A stretch of 64,000 nucleotides of DNA from Bacteroidales bacterium (GTDB lineage Bacteria; Bacteroidota; Bacteroidia; Bacteroidales; WRLA01): assembly GCA_965230045.1 (NCBI GenBank), contig OZ245940.1, positions 1,679,403 to 1,743,402 on the forward strand, in the 5' to 3' direction. Each line of letters opens with the position of its first letter. Positions within the stretch are counted from its first letter, which is position 1. Below are positions 10,628 through 19,906 of the stretch, piece after piece. The notes below the pieces were generated by a model. That model was not told the origin of the DNA. It did not search any database and saw nothing but the letters and a program-made list of their open reading frames with translations. The translations under genes were made by a program, and so were the position numbers.

Positions 10628-11506
10628 ATGCTGTTTGGTTTTGGAATACATTACCTTTGTCCCATGCAAAATACAGATGATTATAAACTGGAGCTGATCG
10701 AAATGGAAATGGGCGGCTGCCTTCTGTTTGCCGAGGCATTGGCAGGGGATAAAAAATACCGCCTGATGCTCGATAGTGGTGCAAACCGGAGTTTTGTGCA
10801 TCGTGTGGCTTCGCCCGATGAAGCAAAGGATGATGAGCAACTTACTGCCTCGGGAATTGGCGAAAGCCCTGATTTGCAAATGGCCCGGCTTGAGGAAATC
10901 AGCCTGAACGGCATGAAATATGCCGGGTATTATTTGTTTGTGAAACCGCTTGATGGTTTAAACGCGATGATTGCACCTTTTACGGATAGCATGGTTCATG
11001 GTTTTCTCGGCGGTGATATCCTGAATGCCCTGAATGCCGTGATCCATTTTGATGGCCGCATCCTTGAGCTGGAAGGAAATCAATTTGATCTGGATATTAT
11101 CCGCTATCCCGGCAATATGCTGCATTATTTGCTTGAGATGAAATGGAACGGATCAGACCTGAAGCTTATTGTCGATACCGGTGCTTCGCATAGCTTGCTG
11201 GATAAAGAAACGATGGAAGGGATTTTTGAGGGAATAGACAAAAAATGGGAAACCGTGGATGTTCCGGTCGCAGGAATGGGCGAGCATGCTCAGCCCACTT
11301 CATCCGAACAAATAAACGGCCTGCAATGGGGAAATCTTGATCTGGGCGGACATAAATTTCTCGGATTAGATTTCGGGCATGTGCGCCAACGATTTATAAA
11401 AGAAGGGGAAGATGGTCCGGATATTATCATTGGCAATGATATTCTGGGTACTTTTGCCGACGGAATTGATTACCGGCTCCAATCAATTAAATTAATCACC
11501 GAATAA
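10628..11506 (+). CDS. Protein with two tandem retropepsin-like aspartic protease domains
   Basis: Two D(S/T)GA motifs: LMLDSGANRS (nt 10772) and LIVDTGASHS (nt 11174). Each is followed by a flap-like GIGE/GMGE and an hhGxDIL motif (FLGGDIL, IIGNDIL). The start could instead be Met13 (10664). Confidence 0.6.
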   Translation: MLFGFGIHYLCPMQNTDDYKLELIEMEMGGCLLFAEALAGDKKYRLMLDSGANRSFVHRVASPDEAKDDEQLTASGIGESPDLQMARLEEISLNGMKYAGYYLFVKPLDGLNAMIAPFTDSMVHGFLGGDILNALNAVIHFDGRILELEGNQFDLDIIRYPGNMLHYLLEMKWNGSDLKLIVDTGASHSLLDKETMEGIFEGIDKKWETVDVPVAGMGEHAQPTSSEQINGLQWGNLDLGGHKFLGLDFGHVRQRFIKEGEDGPDIIIGNDILGTFADGIDYRLQSIKLITE

Positions 11507-11511
11507 ACCGT

Positions 11512-12849
11512 ATGAAGGATCTGACCTCAGGTAATGTAGGCCGCCTTATCTTAAATTTTGCTATGCCCATGCTCCTGGGCAATGTTTTCCAGCAATTGTA
11601 CAGTATTGTGGACAGCATTATCGTAGGGAAATATCTGGGCACGGAAGCATTGGCAGCAGTCGGTGCGTCCTTTCCAATGATTTTTACCCTGATTTCTTTT
11701 GTTATCGGAATCGGTTCGGGTTTTACCATTGTGATCAGCCAGTATTTTGGGGCAAAACAAATGGAGAACGTAAAGCGCTCGATTGACACCTTATATATAT
11801 TCCTTTTGATCGCTTCGACACTTGTTACCCTGATCGGGATATTTTTTGCCAAACCCATATTGGAACTTACGCGCTTGCCCGAAGAAGTATTGCCATTGGC
11901 AGTTACTTACCTGCAGGTATATTTTGCCGGAACCATCACTTTTTTTGGTTTTGCCGGAACTTCCGCAATACTGCGTGGTTTGGGCGATTCAAAAACACCT
12001 TTGTATTTTTTGGTAATTTCCACCCTGGCCAATATTGCTTTCGATCTTTTGTTTGTCCTTGTGTTTGATTTTGGCGTGGAAGGAGTGGCCGCAGCTACCG
12101 TGATTTCGCAAGCCGGAGCCTTTTTTACGCTGGCTTTTTACCTGAACCGTAAGCACGAAATCCTGCGCATCAACTGGCGGAAATATGTTTTTGACCGGCC
12201 TATCTTTAAAAAAGCATTAAAAATTGGCGTTCCAACAGGCTTTCAGCAAACTTTTGTTGCCCTGGGGATGATGGCGCTTTTTGGAATCGTCAATACTTTT
12301 GGAACAGAAACGGTTGCCGCTTACACCATCGCCATGCGCATCGATGGTTTTGCCGCGATGCCGGCCATGAACTTTGCTGCTGCTTTGGCTGCTTTTGTGG
12401 GACAAAATATCGGCGCCAATAAATTCCAACGTGTTCGTTCCGGACTTACGGCTACTTTTATGATGACTGCTGTAGTTTCGCTAGCCGTCAGCCTGATTTC
12501 CTTCTTTTTCAGGAGGGAACTGATCGGTGTGTTTACCAATAATGCCGAAGTTATTGAGCTGGGTCAACGTTATCTGTTGATAGTCAGCTGGTTTTATATT
12601 ATTTTTTCCAGCATGTTTGTTGTAAACGGAGTCATGCGCGGGGCGGGGGATACCTTGATCCCCATGTTTATTACGCTCACCGCATTATGGATCGTACGTG
12701 TTCCGATGTCGTATTATTTTGCCGGAAAAATCGGCATTGACGGAGTTTGGTGGGCCATTCCCGCTGCCTGGGGCGTGGGCCTGGGGCTCAGCTATATTTA
12801 TTACCTCACGGGTAAATGGCGTTCCAAAGCTGTTGTTAAGGCAGAGTGA
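11512..12849 (+). CDS. MATE family efflux transporter
   Basis: 445 aa, ~12 TM segments, with the typical N-terminus (..LILNFAMPMLLGNVFQQLYSIVDSIIVGKYLG). Confidence 0.9.
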   Translation: MKDLTSGNVGRLILNFAMPMLLGNVFQQLYSIVDSIIVGKYLGTEALAAVGASFPMIFTLISFVIGIGSGFTIVISQYFGAKQMENVKRSIDTLYIFLLIASTLVTLIGIFFAKPILELTRLPEEVLPLAVTYLQVYFAGTITFFGFAGTSAILRGLGDSKTPLYFLVISTLANIAFDLLFVLVFDFGVEGVAAATVISQAGAFFTLAFYLNRKHEILRINWRKYVFDRPIFKKALKIGVPTGFQQTFVALGMMALFGIVNTFGTETVAAYTIAMRIDGFAAMPAMNFAAALAAFVGQNIGANKFQRVRSGLTATFMMTAVVSLAVSLISFFFRRELIGVFTNNAEVIELGQRYLLIVSWFYIIFSSMFVVNGVMRGAGDTLIPMFITLTALWIVRVPMSYYFAGKIGIDGVWWAIPAAWGVGLGLSYIYYLTGKWRSKAVVKAE

Positions 12850-13687
12850 CAGTGTAATCTACGCCCAGAACAGTTACGGTAATAATTTTATCACATTCGC
12901 CATCACCATAATTAACGGTATAAGGAATTAAAGGGTTTTGAACCGAAACAGTTCCGCTGACATAGTAAAAACAGCCGATATTTTTCCGTAAGGGACTTGT
13001 AATCAGGCGGGCAACTGATACATCTCCAATGGTGCTCACACTGCTTCCTGTAATCAGGTATGCATCATCACGGATATCCAAAGGAGTATCTGCGCCCTCG
13101 ATCCATTCCCGGTAACGTTCGCCTTCCCAAAATAATTCCACAGAACCATTGGCTTCACTAAAAGTGATATTCAATTCCGAAACCGCACTAAAATGCAAAT
13201 TTCCATTATCATTTACGCCAAGGTTTGTTAAAAGAATTTCTCCATTGATCAGGTTGTCATTAACAGCATAATCAGATGATGCAATCGAAACCGAACTTCC
13301 TGCCATTGTATAGGGGGCAGACAGTACCATATTAATAGCTCCTCTGCGATATTTGCCGTCCAGACAAAGACAATTTGTCTCGCCAAAATCAATGCTGATG
13401 GTCATAGGAAACTCAAAGCCACTAAAGTCAATGGAAGCGCATGGGCTCAGGCTCGGAAAATCATCTGCTGCTGATTTATTAATGATACTGATGTGCGCAA
13501 AAGCTTCCGCAGCAACTAATTGCATATCGTCGTTATACGTATCAGCCAGCGAAACGCTTTTGGCTTCGGTCAGCTGAGTATCAGGATTGGCATCCGGATT
13601 ATTATCGTCATTTTCATCATCCTTACAGGCAGAAAATAAAACAGTTAAGCTCAGTAAAAAGACTAGTAGTTTAAATGCGTTTTTCAT
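12836..13687 (-). CDS. Hypothetical lipoprotein
   Basis: Signal peptide plus lipobox (LFSAC) followed by an acidic linker. No recognisable catalytic motif. Its 3' end overlaps the MATE gene convergently by 14 bp. Confidence 0.55.
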   Translation of the reverse strand: MKNAFKLLVFLLSLTVLFSACKDDENDDNNPDANPDTQLTEAKSVSLADTYNDDMQLVAAEAFAHISIINKSAADDFPSLSPCASIDFSGFEFPMTISIDFGETNCLCLDGKYRRGAINMVLSAPYTMAGSSVSIASSDYAVNDNLINGEILLTNLGVNDNGNLHFSAVSELNITFSEANGSVELFWEGERYREWIEGADTPLDIRDDAYLITGSSVSTIGDVSVARLITSPLRKNIGCFYYVSGTVSVQNPLIPYTVNYGDGECDKIITVTVLGVDYTVTLP

Positions 13688-13720
13688 TTTTTAAGTTTTT
13701 TTGATTTTTAGAGGATGTTT

Positions 13721-14449
13721 TTACTCCCAACCCTGTGCCAAAACATCAATGATGTGCATGGTTTTGATGGGCAAACGTTGCTTTTTGATATAGCCTTCCT
13801 GGTGCATCAGGCAGGATAAATCAGTAGAAACAATAAACTCGGCGCCGGTTTCCAGCGCGTTTTCCACCTTTTGTTCGGCCATGGCTGAGCTGATTGCTTC
13901 GTGCTTTGCGGCAAAAGTTCCCCCGAAACCGCAACAGGTATCCGTGTCTTTCATCTCGCGCAATTCCAGTCCTTTTACTTTTTCGAGCAGCAGGCGGGGT
14001 TCGCTTTTGATGCCGTATTCCCGCAATGCCGCACAGGAATCATGATAGGTTACGCTGTGTTCGAATTTTGCTCCAAGATCCGTTACATGCATCACGTTTA
14101 CAAGGAAATCCGTAAACTCAAAAATATTTTTTTGAAGCTGTTTGTACTCATTGTGCAATGCAGTGTTGTGGAACAGGCGGTGGTAATAGTTGCGCACATA
14201 TCCCACACAGGAAGCGCTTGGCCCCACAACAGGACGGTTGTTCGGGAAATCTTTGATAAATTTCGTGCCGATTTTTTTTGCTTCCTCCCAATCGCCACTG
14301 TTGAAAGCCATTTGCCCACAGCAGGTCTGTTCGGTATTGTAATGGACGGAAATATCCAGTTTTTCAAGGATTTTAATCATATTCATCGCTGTATTGGGAT
14401 ACAGCTGATCAATAAAACAAGGAATGAAAAGGTCAACGATCATATGCAT
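13721..14449 (-). CDS. (Fe-S)-binding protein with two cysteine-rich CCG domains (LutA/GlcF-like)
   Basis: Two CCG motifs (QTCCGQMAFNSG, DTCCGFGGTFA). 242 aa. Confidence 0.8.
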   Translation of the reverse strand: MHMIVDLFIPCFIDQLYPNTAMNMIKILEKLDISVHYNTEQTCCGQMAFNSGDWEEAKKIGTKFIKDFPNNRPVVGPSASCVGYVRNYYHRLFHNTALHNEYKQLQKNIFEFTDFLVNVMHVTDLGAKFEHSVTYHDSCAALREYGIKSEPRLLLEKVKGLELREMKDTDTCCGFGGTFAAKHEAISSAMAEQKVENALETGAEFIVSTDLSCLMHQEGYIKKQRLPIKTMHIIDVLAQGWE

Positions 14450-14502
14450 TATTTGTTCTGCAAAGTTAAGAAATACCTTTTTGTGGCGAAGGATTTGTCC
14501 GT

Positions 14503-15390
14503 TTATTCAGTTTTCGATTTTTCCTTTCTGAAAAGCTCATGTACCAGCCCGTCAACCAGCCCGATTTTCGGTACCACAATACTTTCGGCCTGGCAGTGGT
14601 GCATGATAAACAGGAAAATCTGTGCAGCGGGAACGATTACATCGGCGCGGTCGGGTCTGAGACCGAGCTTGTCCACACGGTCTTCGATACTAAAGGAGCG
14701 CAAATGTTCATAAGCGCGGGTCAATTGAAACTGGAACAGGGTTATGGATTGCGGATTGCCGTATATTTTATTGATTTTATTGATGTTGCCTCCGGAACCA
14801 ATGATATTGGCCTGCATTACTTCTTCGCAATGTGCGTCAAGCCAGCCGCTTAGTGCGTCCCATTCGCCTTCAGGAACCTGTTCGTTTAAAATACGAATTG
14901 TACCGATTTTAAAGGAATGCAGGTCAATCAGTTTGTCGCCATCGGTCAGGGATAGCTCAGTGCTGCCACCGCCTACATCAACAAAAAGGGAATAGCGGTT
15001 CTCAGAGGGTAAAATAAAACCAATGTTTTTTCGGATGATGTTGGCTTCTTCCCGTCCATCAATAATTTTTATTTTGATGCCGGTTTCTTCCTCAATCCGT
15101 GAAACAACCGATTTCCCATTGCGGGCTTCGCGCAAAGCAGCCGTTGCTACAGCCTTGAATGCTGCCGGATTATAAACATCGATCAATAGCTTGAATGCCT
15201 GCATGGTTTTTAAAAGGATTTCGGTGCGCTTGGCCGAAATTTTCCCTTTTTTGAAAACATCACTTCCCAAACGGAGTGGTATCCGGATGAGGGTAGCTTT
15301 CTCAACATGTGCTGTGCCTTCTTTTTCGTAGGCATTGGCAAACATCAGCCTGCCTGCATTTGAACCGATATCAATAGCTGCAAATAGCAT
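14503..15390 (-). CDS. ppx: Exopolyphosphatase, Ppx/GppA family
   Basis: ASKHA phosphate motifs AAIDIGSNAGRL and DVGGGSTE. Sits directly downstream of ppk1. Confidence 0.85.
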   Translation of the reverse strand: MLFAAIDIGSNAGRLMFANAYEKEGTAHVEKATLIRIPLRLGSDVFKKGKISAKRTEILLKTMQAFKLLIDVYNPAAFKAVATAALREARNGKSVVSRIEEETGIKIKIIDGREEANIIRKNIGFILPSENRYSLFVDVGGGSTELSLTDGDKLIDLHSFKIGTIRILNEQVPEGEWDALSGWLDAHCEEVMQANIIGSGGNINKINKIYGNPQSITLFQFQLTRAYEHLRSFSIEDRVDKLGLRPDRADVIVPAAQIFLFIMHHCQAESIVVPKIGLVDGLVHELFRKEKSKTE

Positions 15391-15394
15391 GAAA

Positions 15395-17458
15395 TTAGCT
15401 GTCTAACTTGTTTTTATAATATTCATATAAAGCAAATTGCGAACGGAACGCCTGCTCGCCTTCAACTGCTTCTTTATAATTATTGCTTTGCTTGTTGTCT
15501 AATATCCGGGCTTTCACATTGTCCTTCCATTGGGTGTCGAGCATAAATTTCAGCTCTTCCTGCAAGGATTCATCGTAAACAGGGCAAGTAACTTCAATGC
15601 GGTGATCAAAATTTCGTGGCATCCAGTCGGCCGATGAAATGAAGTACAAAGGTTTTCCCTCATTGGCAAAGATAATAATTCTTGAGTGTTCTAAAAATTT
15701 ATCGACGATGGCAATGGCTTCAATATTTTCGCTTAATCCGGGAATGCCGGGCTTTAAAACGCATATTCCTCTGATAATTAATTTGATGCGCACATTATGC
15801 TGGCTGGCTTCATAAAGCTTTTCGGCAATGGCTCGATCAACAAGATTATTGAGTTTAATGAAAATAGAGGCTTCTTTGCCTTTTTTTGCGGCTTCAATTT
15901 CCTTGTCGATAAGTTTGATAAAATGATCCCTGATATTGAAAGGGGCAACAATCAGTTTTTTAAATTCCGGGATGGTATAGCGCGATACGAATAAATCGAA
16001 CAGTTTATCCACATCCTGCGCAATATCCTGATTGGCAGTGAACAGGCTGGTGTCTGCATAAACCCGGGCTGTGGATTCATTGAAATTGCCTGTACTGATG
16101 TTGGCGTAATAAACATTTGCCCCATCCTCTTTGCGCCGGATAACCAACAATTTGGCATGTACTTTAAAGCCGGGGATTGTTTCGATAATGCGTACGCCTT
16201 CTTCTTGTAACCTGCTGGTCCAGTAAATATTGGCTTCTTCATCGAAGCGGGCCTGGATTTCGAGGAAAACCGTAACTTTTTTGCCGTTCCGTGCTGCATT
16301 GATCAGGGCATTGATTAGGTTGCTGTCGTGGGCGGCGCGGTAAAAGGTCATCTTCACCGAGCGCACATTGGGGTCAATGGAGGCTTCACGCAGCAGGTCA
16401 ATCAGGTGGGTCATGCTTTGGTAGGGGTAGTTGAGCATGATGTCGCCTTTTCTCAAACTCCGGAACAAACTGTTGTTGTTCATGAGTGCCGGGTGGGGCA
16501 GGGGCGGGGTTTTGCTAAAATACAAATGCGGTTTGTTGATTTTTGGAAAATCCATAAAATCCTTGAAATTATGATATCGCCCTCCACCTCTTAAACTGTC
16601 TTTTTCGGTGATATTCAGGCGTTTCATAATTCTTTTTAAAGCCTTATCGGGGATTTCACGGTCATAAACAAAACGTACCGGCATGCCTTTTTTTCGCTTG
16701 ATCACACTGTCGCGCATATTTTCCAGAAAGCTCTTGGAAACATCATGGTCAATGTCCAGCTCGGCATCGCGCGTAAATTTAATGGTATAAGCTTTGAAGC
16801 GGTCATATCCTAAAACAGCAAAAATATCGTCGAGGCAATAGCGGAGCACATCATCCAGCATAATGATCACCGTTTTGTTTTTTTCGGAGGGAAGGATTAT
16901 AAAACGGCTGAACTTATCGGTGGGGACCCTGAGTACGGCTGCATCTGAATTGTCGGGATCTGCGGAGTCGTGGAGTGTTACCAAAAGGTTGAGGTCGGCG
17001 TCTTTCAGCACATTGAGCAGGTTTTTATTGCGTGCCAGCATAATGGGAAAAAGATGCGGCCGGATGTTTTCGCGGAAAAACCTGCGCAGGTAAATGCCTT
17101 GCTTAGAATCCAGCTCTTCTTCATTCACAATGAAAACCTGTTCATTCTCCAGCTGTGTTCTGATTTCCTGATAAATACGTGTAAAATCTTCTTCCTGATG
17201 ACTGACGATTTCACGGATTTGCTTCAGGGTTTTTCCCGGTTGAAAGCCGGTCTCAATACCTTCCTTTTCTTCAATCCGTGCCAGTCGTTTCATAGTCGCC
17301 ACGCGCACACGGAAAAATTCATCACGATTGCTCGAAAAAATTCCCATGAATTTCAGCCGTTCAATCAGTGGGTTCCGTTCATCTTGTGCTTCCTGTAGCA
17401 CGCGTTCGTTAAATTGCAGCCAGCTCAGTTCCCTGTTGAGGAGTGTTTCATTTATCAT
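15395..17458 (-). CDS. ppk1: Polyphosphate kinase 1
   Basis: 687 aa. N-terminus NRELSWLQFNERVL.. and a PLD-like C-terminal domain (KVHAKLLVIRR). Confidence 0.95.
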   Translation of the reverse strand: MINETLLNRELSWLQFNERVLQEAQDERNPLIERLKFMGIFSSNRDEFFRVRVATMKRLARIEEKEGIETGFQPGKTLKQIREIVSHQEEDFTRIYQEIRTQLENEQVFIVNEEELDSKQGIYLRRFFRENIRPHLFPIMLARNKNLLNVLKDADLNLLVTLHDSADPDNSDAAVLRVPTDKFSRFIILPSEKNKTVIIMLDDVLRYCLDDIFAVLGYDRFKAYTIKFTRDAELDIDHDVSKSFLENMRDSVIKRKKGMPVRFVYDREIPDKALKRIMKRLNITEKDSLRGGGRYHNFKDFMDFPKINKPHLYFSKTPPLPHPALMNNNSLFRSLRKGDIMLNYPYQSMTHLIDLLREASIDPNVRSVKMTFYRAAHDSNLINALINAARNGKKVTVFLEIQARFDEEANIYWTSRLQEEGVRIIETIPGFKVHAKLLVIRRKEDGANVYYANISTGNFNESTARVYADTSLFTANQDIAQDVDKLFDLFVSRYTIPEFKKLIVAPFNIRDHFIKLIDKEIEAAKKGKEASIFIKLNNLVDRAIAEKLYEASQHNVRIKLIIRGICVLKPGIPGLSENIEAIAIVDKFLEHSRIIIFANEGKPLYFISSADWMPRNFDHRIEVTCPVYDESLQEELKFMLDTQWKDNVKARILDNKQSNNYKEAVEGEQAFRSQFALYEYYKNKLDS

Positions 17459-17981
17459 TTGCGGAGAATTTTTTCTTGATTTTGCCCGTTTCTTTCAGCA
17501 TCTTCGGAATGATATAAAAACGTGTGCTTGCCTTTGCCGTTGGGATGCCTTCCCATTTGTCTGTATCAAAATCAATGCAAACTATTCCGGAAGTGGGCAG
17601 CCAGTCGATGGTGTTGCCGTTAAACTCATTGGCAAAATAGGTGAAAGTTGGGTTGTGGCCAACAATCATCAACTTGTCAATTGTGTCTTCGGTTTCAAAA
17701 ATAACTTCATAAATTTTGTTGATATTGGCCTCATAAAGGTTATGCACGGATTCTACACGAATACTGTCTCCGGCTGTTTTGCCAATAATTTTTGCTGTTT
17801 CGCGTGCCCGCACTGCATGGCTGCTTTTGATCAGCTCGGGCAGGCATTTTTCCCGCTCCAGAAAGCGGGCAATTTTTTTTGTTTTGCGTATTCCTTCTTC
17901 GAGCAATGGGCGCTCATAATCTTCTATGTTTGGATAATCCCAACTGCTTTTTGCATGACGGAGAATAAATAGTGTTTTCAT
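17448..17981 (-). CDS. SixA-like histidine phosphatase (phosphohistidine phosphatase family)
   Basis: RHA/RHG-type motif LRHAKS at the N-terminus and GHNP later (IVGHNPTF). 177 aa. Overlaps the ppk1 start by 11 bp. Confidence 0.7.
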   Translation of the reverse strand: MKTLFILRHAKSSWDYPNIEDYERPLLEEGIRKTKKIARFLEREKCLPELIKSSHAVRARETAKIIGKTAGDSIRVESVHNLYEANINKIYEVIFETEDTIDKLMIVGHNPTFTYFANEFNGNTIDWLPTSGIVCIDFDTDKWEGIPTAKASTRFYIIPKMLKETGKIKKKFSANDK

Positions 17982-18107
17982 AATCCCGTTTTTATTGATT
18001 TCGTCTGCTTGTGGTTAAATATCCGGTAAAGTTAATGTTTATACGAGGATATGCATAAAGCTGAGGTTAAAAATTTATAAAATCCAGCTCGTCGGTTTTG
18101 ATAAAGC

Positions 18108-18449
18108 GGTTCTACTAAGAATTTCGTGGGTATTCATAAAGTTTGAGAATAAAAATATTTAGAGAAAATTAATAGATTATTTATGAAAAAACTTGAGTTC
18201 CAACAGATTCCTTCCTCCACAAAGCCTTAATCACTTCGTTTGGCTTTGTTCCGATCGGAATGACGATGTTCATTAATCGTTTAAGGCAAATGCGGCCTGG
18301 TCACTGAGCGGAGTCGAAGTGCGCCGCATTTGCCCTCTGACTTTTAAAACCCGTCATTCCGACAAAGTTTTCCGAAGCATGAGGAAAACTTTGGAGGAAT
18401 CTGTAGGAGATTTATCAGTTTTTCTTTCCACTAAATTCCCAGTAGAACC
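18108..18449. mobile_element. MITE-like non-autonomous element, copy 1 (342 bp)
   Basis: Terminal inverted repeats GGTTCTACTAAGAATTTCGTGG / CCACTAAATTCCCAGTAGAACC. Flanked by the perfect 8-bp direct repeat GATAAAGC (18100-18107 and 18450-18457). Contains nested internal inverted repeats and is homologous to 40442..40793. Confidence 0.8.
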
Positions 18450-18612
18450 GATAAAGCCAAGTGTTGCCATAGGTATTGTTTTCCTGAAGGCTGGGATCGG
18501 ACATTATGGACAGAGACTAAATTATGCTTCGCACTTTGAATATTAGAACAAGCTGGTTAAATTTGCCCACATATAACTAACTCCGCCCTAAAGGGCGTTA
18601 AATAAAATTATT

Positions 18613-19824
18613 ATGACAAAGAAGTTTTTATCAGGATTCGCGATTATGCTGCTCGCGTATTTCCTTATGCCACAACCTGTTATTGCACAGGAAGAAGAAA
18701 AGGAAGAAGGCTACGTTTTTGAGATGGTGAAAGAAATTCCCCATACAAGCGTAAAAGACCAAAACCGTTCCGGTACCTGCTGGAGCTTTTCTACCATCGG
18801 ATTTCTGGAATCAGAACTGATGCGCACCGGAAAAGGCGAATACGACCTTTCCGAAATGTTTACCGTACGCAATTCCTATGCTGATAAAGCCGAAAAATAT
18901 GTGCGCATGCACGGAGCCCTGAATTTTGGTGGCGGTGGCGCCTGCCACGATGTGACCAATTGCTGGGCAAAATACGGTATTGTTCCCGAAGAAGCTTATA
19001 AGGGATTAAGCTATGGCATGGACAATCATGCTCATGGAGAGTTTGATGCGGTTCTTGATGGCTACATGGAAGCAGTCCTGAAAAATAAAAACCGTCAGCT
19101 GAGCCCGGCATGGTACGAAGGTTTGAACGGAATCCTTGATGCATATCTGGGCGATTATCCGGAAACTTTCACCTACGAAGGCGTGGAATATACGCCCGAA
19201 AGTTTCGCTGAAGAGCTGGGTCTTGATATGAACGATTACGTGGAGATTTCATCTTTTACGCACCAGCCGTTCTATGAAAAATTCATCCTCGAAGTACCCG
19301 ACAACTGGGCATGGGGCGAAGTTTATAATGTGCCGCTCAACGAAATGATCGAGATAATCGACAATTCACTCGAAGAAGGTTATAGCGTTGCCTGGGCGTC
19401 GGATGTGAGCCATAAAGGATTTTCTTTCCGTAATGGTGTTGCCGTTATCCCGGAAACCGATATTGAGGAGATGGACAATTCGGAACGCCTGAAATGGGAA
19501 AAAATGGATAGCCGCGAACGCAGCAAAATGCTGTATGCTTTTGATAAACCGCGCCAGGAGAAAAAAATTACACAGGAAATGCGCCAGGAAATGTTCGATA
19601 ATTACAAAACACAGGACGATCACGGAATGCAGCTTGTGGGTATTGCCAAAGACCAGAATGGTTCAAAATACTATTATGTTAAAAACAGCTGGGCTGATGA
19701 CAGTAATAAATACGATGGTTATTTCTATGTTTCTGTTCCTTTTGTTGAGCTGCAGACCACCTGTATTATGGTGAACAAAAATGCAATTCCTAAAGAAATT
19801 AAAAAGAAACTGGGCATCAAGTAA
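18613..19824 (+). CDS. pepC: Aminopeptidase C / bleomycin hydrolase-like C1 cysteine peptidase
   Basis: Catalytic motifs QNRSGTCWSFS, DHGMQLVG and KNSW. An N-terminal signal-like segment is present. Confidence 0.88.
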   Translation: MTKKFLSGFAIMLLAYFLMPQPVIAQEEEKEEGYVFEMVKEIPHTSVKDQNRSGTCWSFSTIGFLESELMRTGKGEYDLSEMFTVRNSYADKAEKYVRMHGALNFGGGGACHDVTNCWAKYGIVPEEAYKGLSYGMDNHAHGEFDAVLDGYMEAVLKNKNRQLSPAWYEGLNGILDAYLGDYPETFTYEGVEYTPESFAEELGLDMNDYVEISSFTHQPFYEKFILEVPDNWAWGEVYNVPLNEMIEIIDNSLEEGYSVAWASDVSHKGFSFRNGVAVIPETDIEEMDNSERLKWEKMDSRERSKMLYAFDKPRQEKKITQEMRQEMFDNYKTQDDHGMQLVGIAKDQNGSKYYYVKNSWADDSNKYDGYFYVSVPFVELQTTCIMVNKNAIPKEIKKKLGIK

Positions 19825-19842
19825 TAACTTGAGAGATCAAAT

Positions 19843-19877
19843 AAAAAGCCACTTGTTTTGAGTGGCTTTTTATTTTT
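19843..19877 (+). terminator. Rho-independent terminator after pepC
   Basis: Stem AAAAAGCCACT / AGTGGCTTTTT followed by a T-rich tract. Confidence 0.8.
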
Positions 19878-19906
19878 CTGTAGTTTTGATGTACTAAAGT
19901 ATTGCA

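Noticed and set aside
13721-14449. The LutA-like gene as evidence for a lactate-utilisation (lutABC) operon.
   Set aside because: No lutB- or lutC-like genes are adjacent. Only the generic two-CCG-domain Fe-S subunit can be supported.
18319-18546. Track ORFs lying inside repeat elements: 18319..18546, 40344..40691, 56336..56674 and 56327..56515.
   Set aside because: They run through MITE or palindromic-module DNA. Their similarity follows the nucleotide repeats, including in reverse-complement copies. They lack credible starts or any known motifs.
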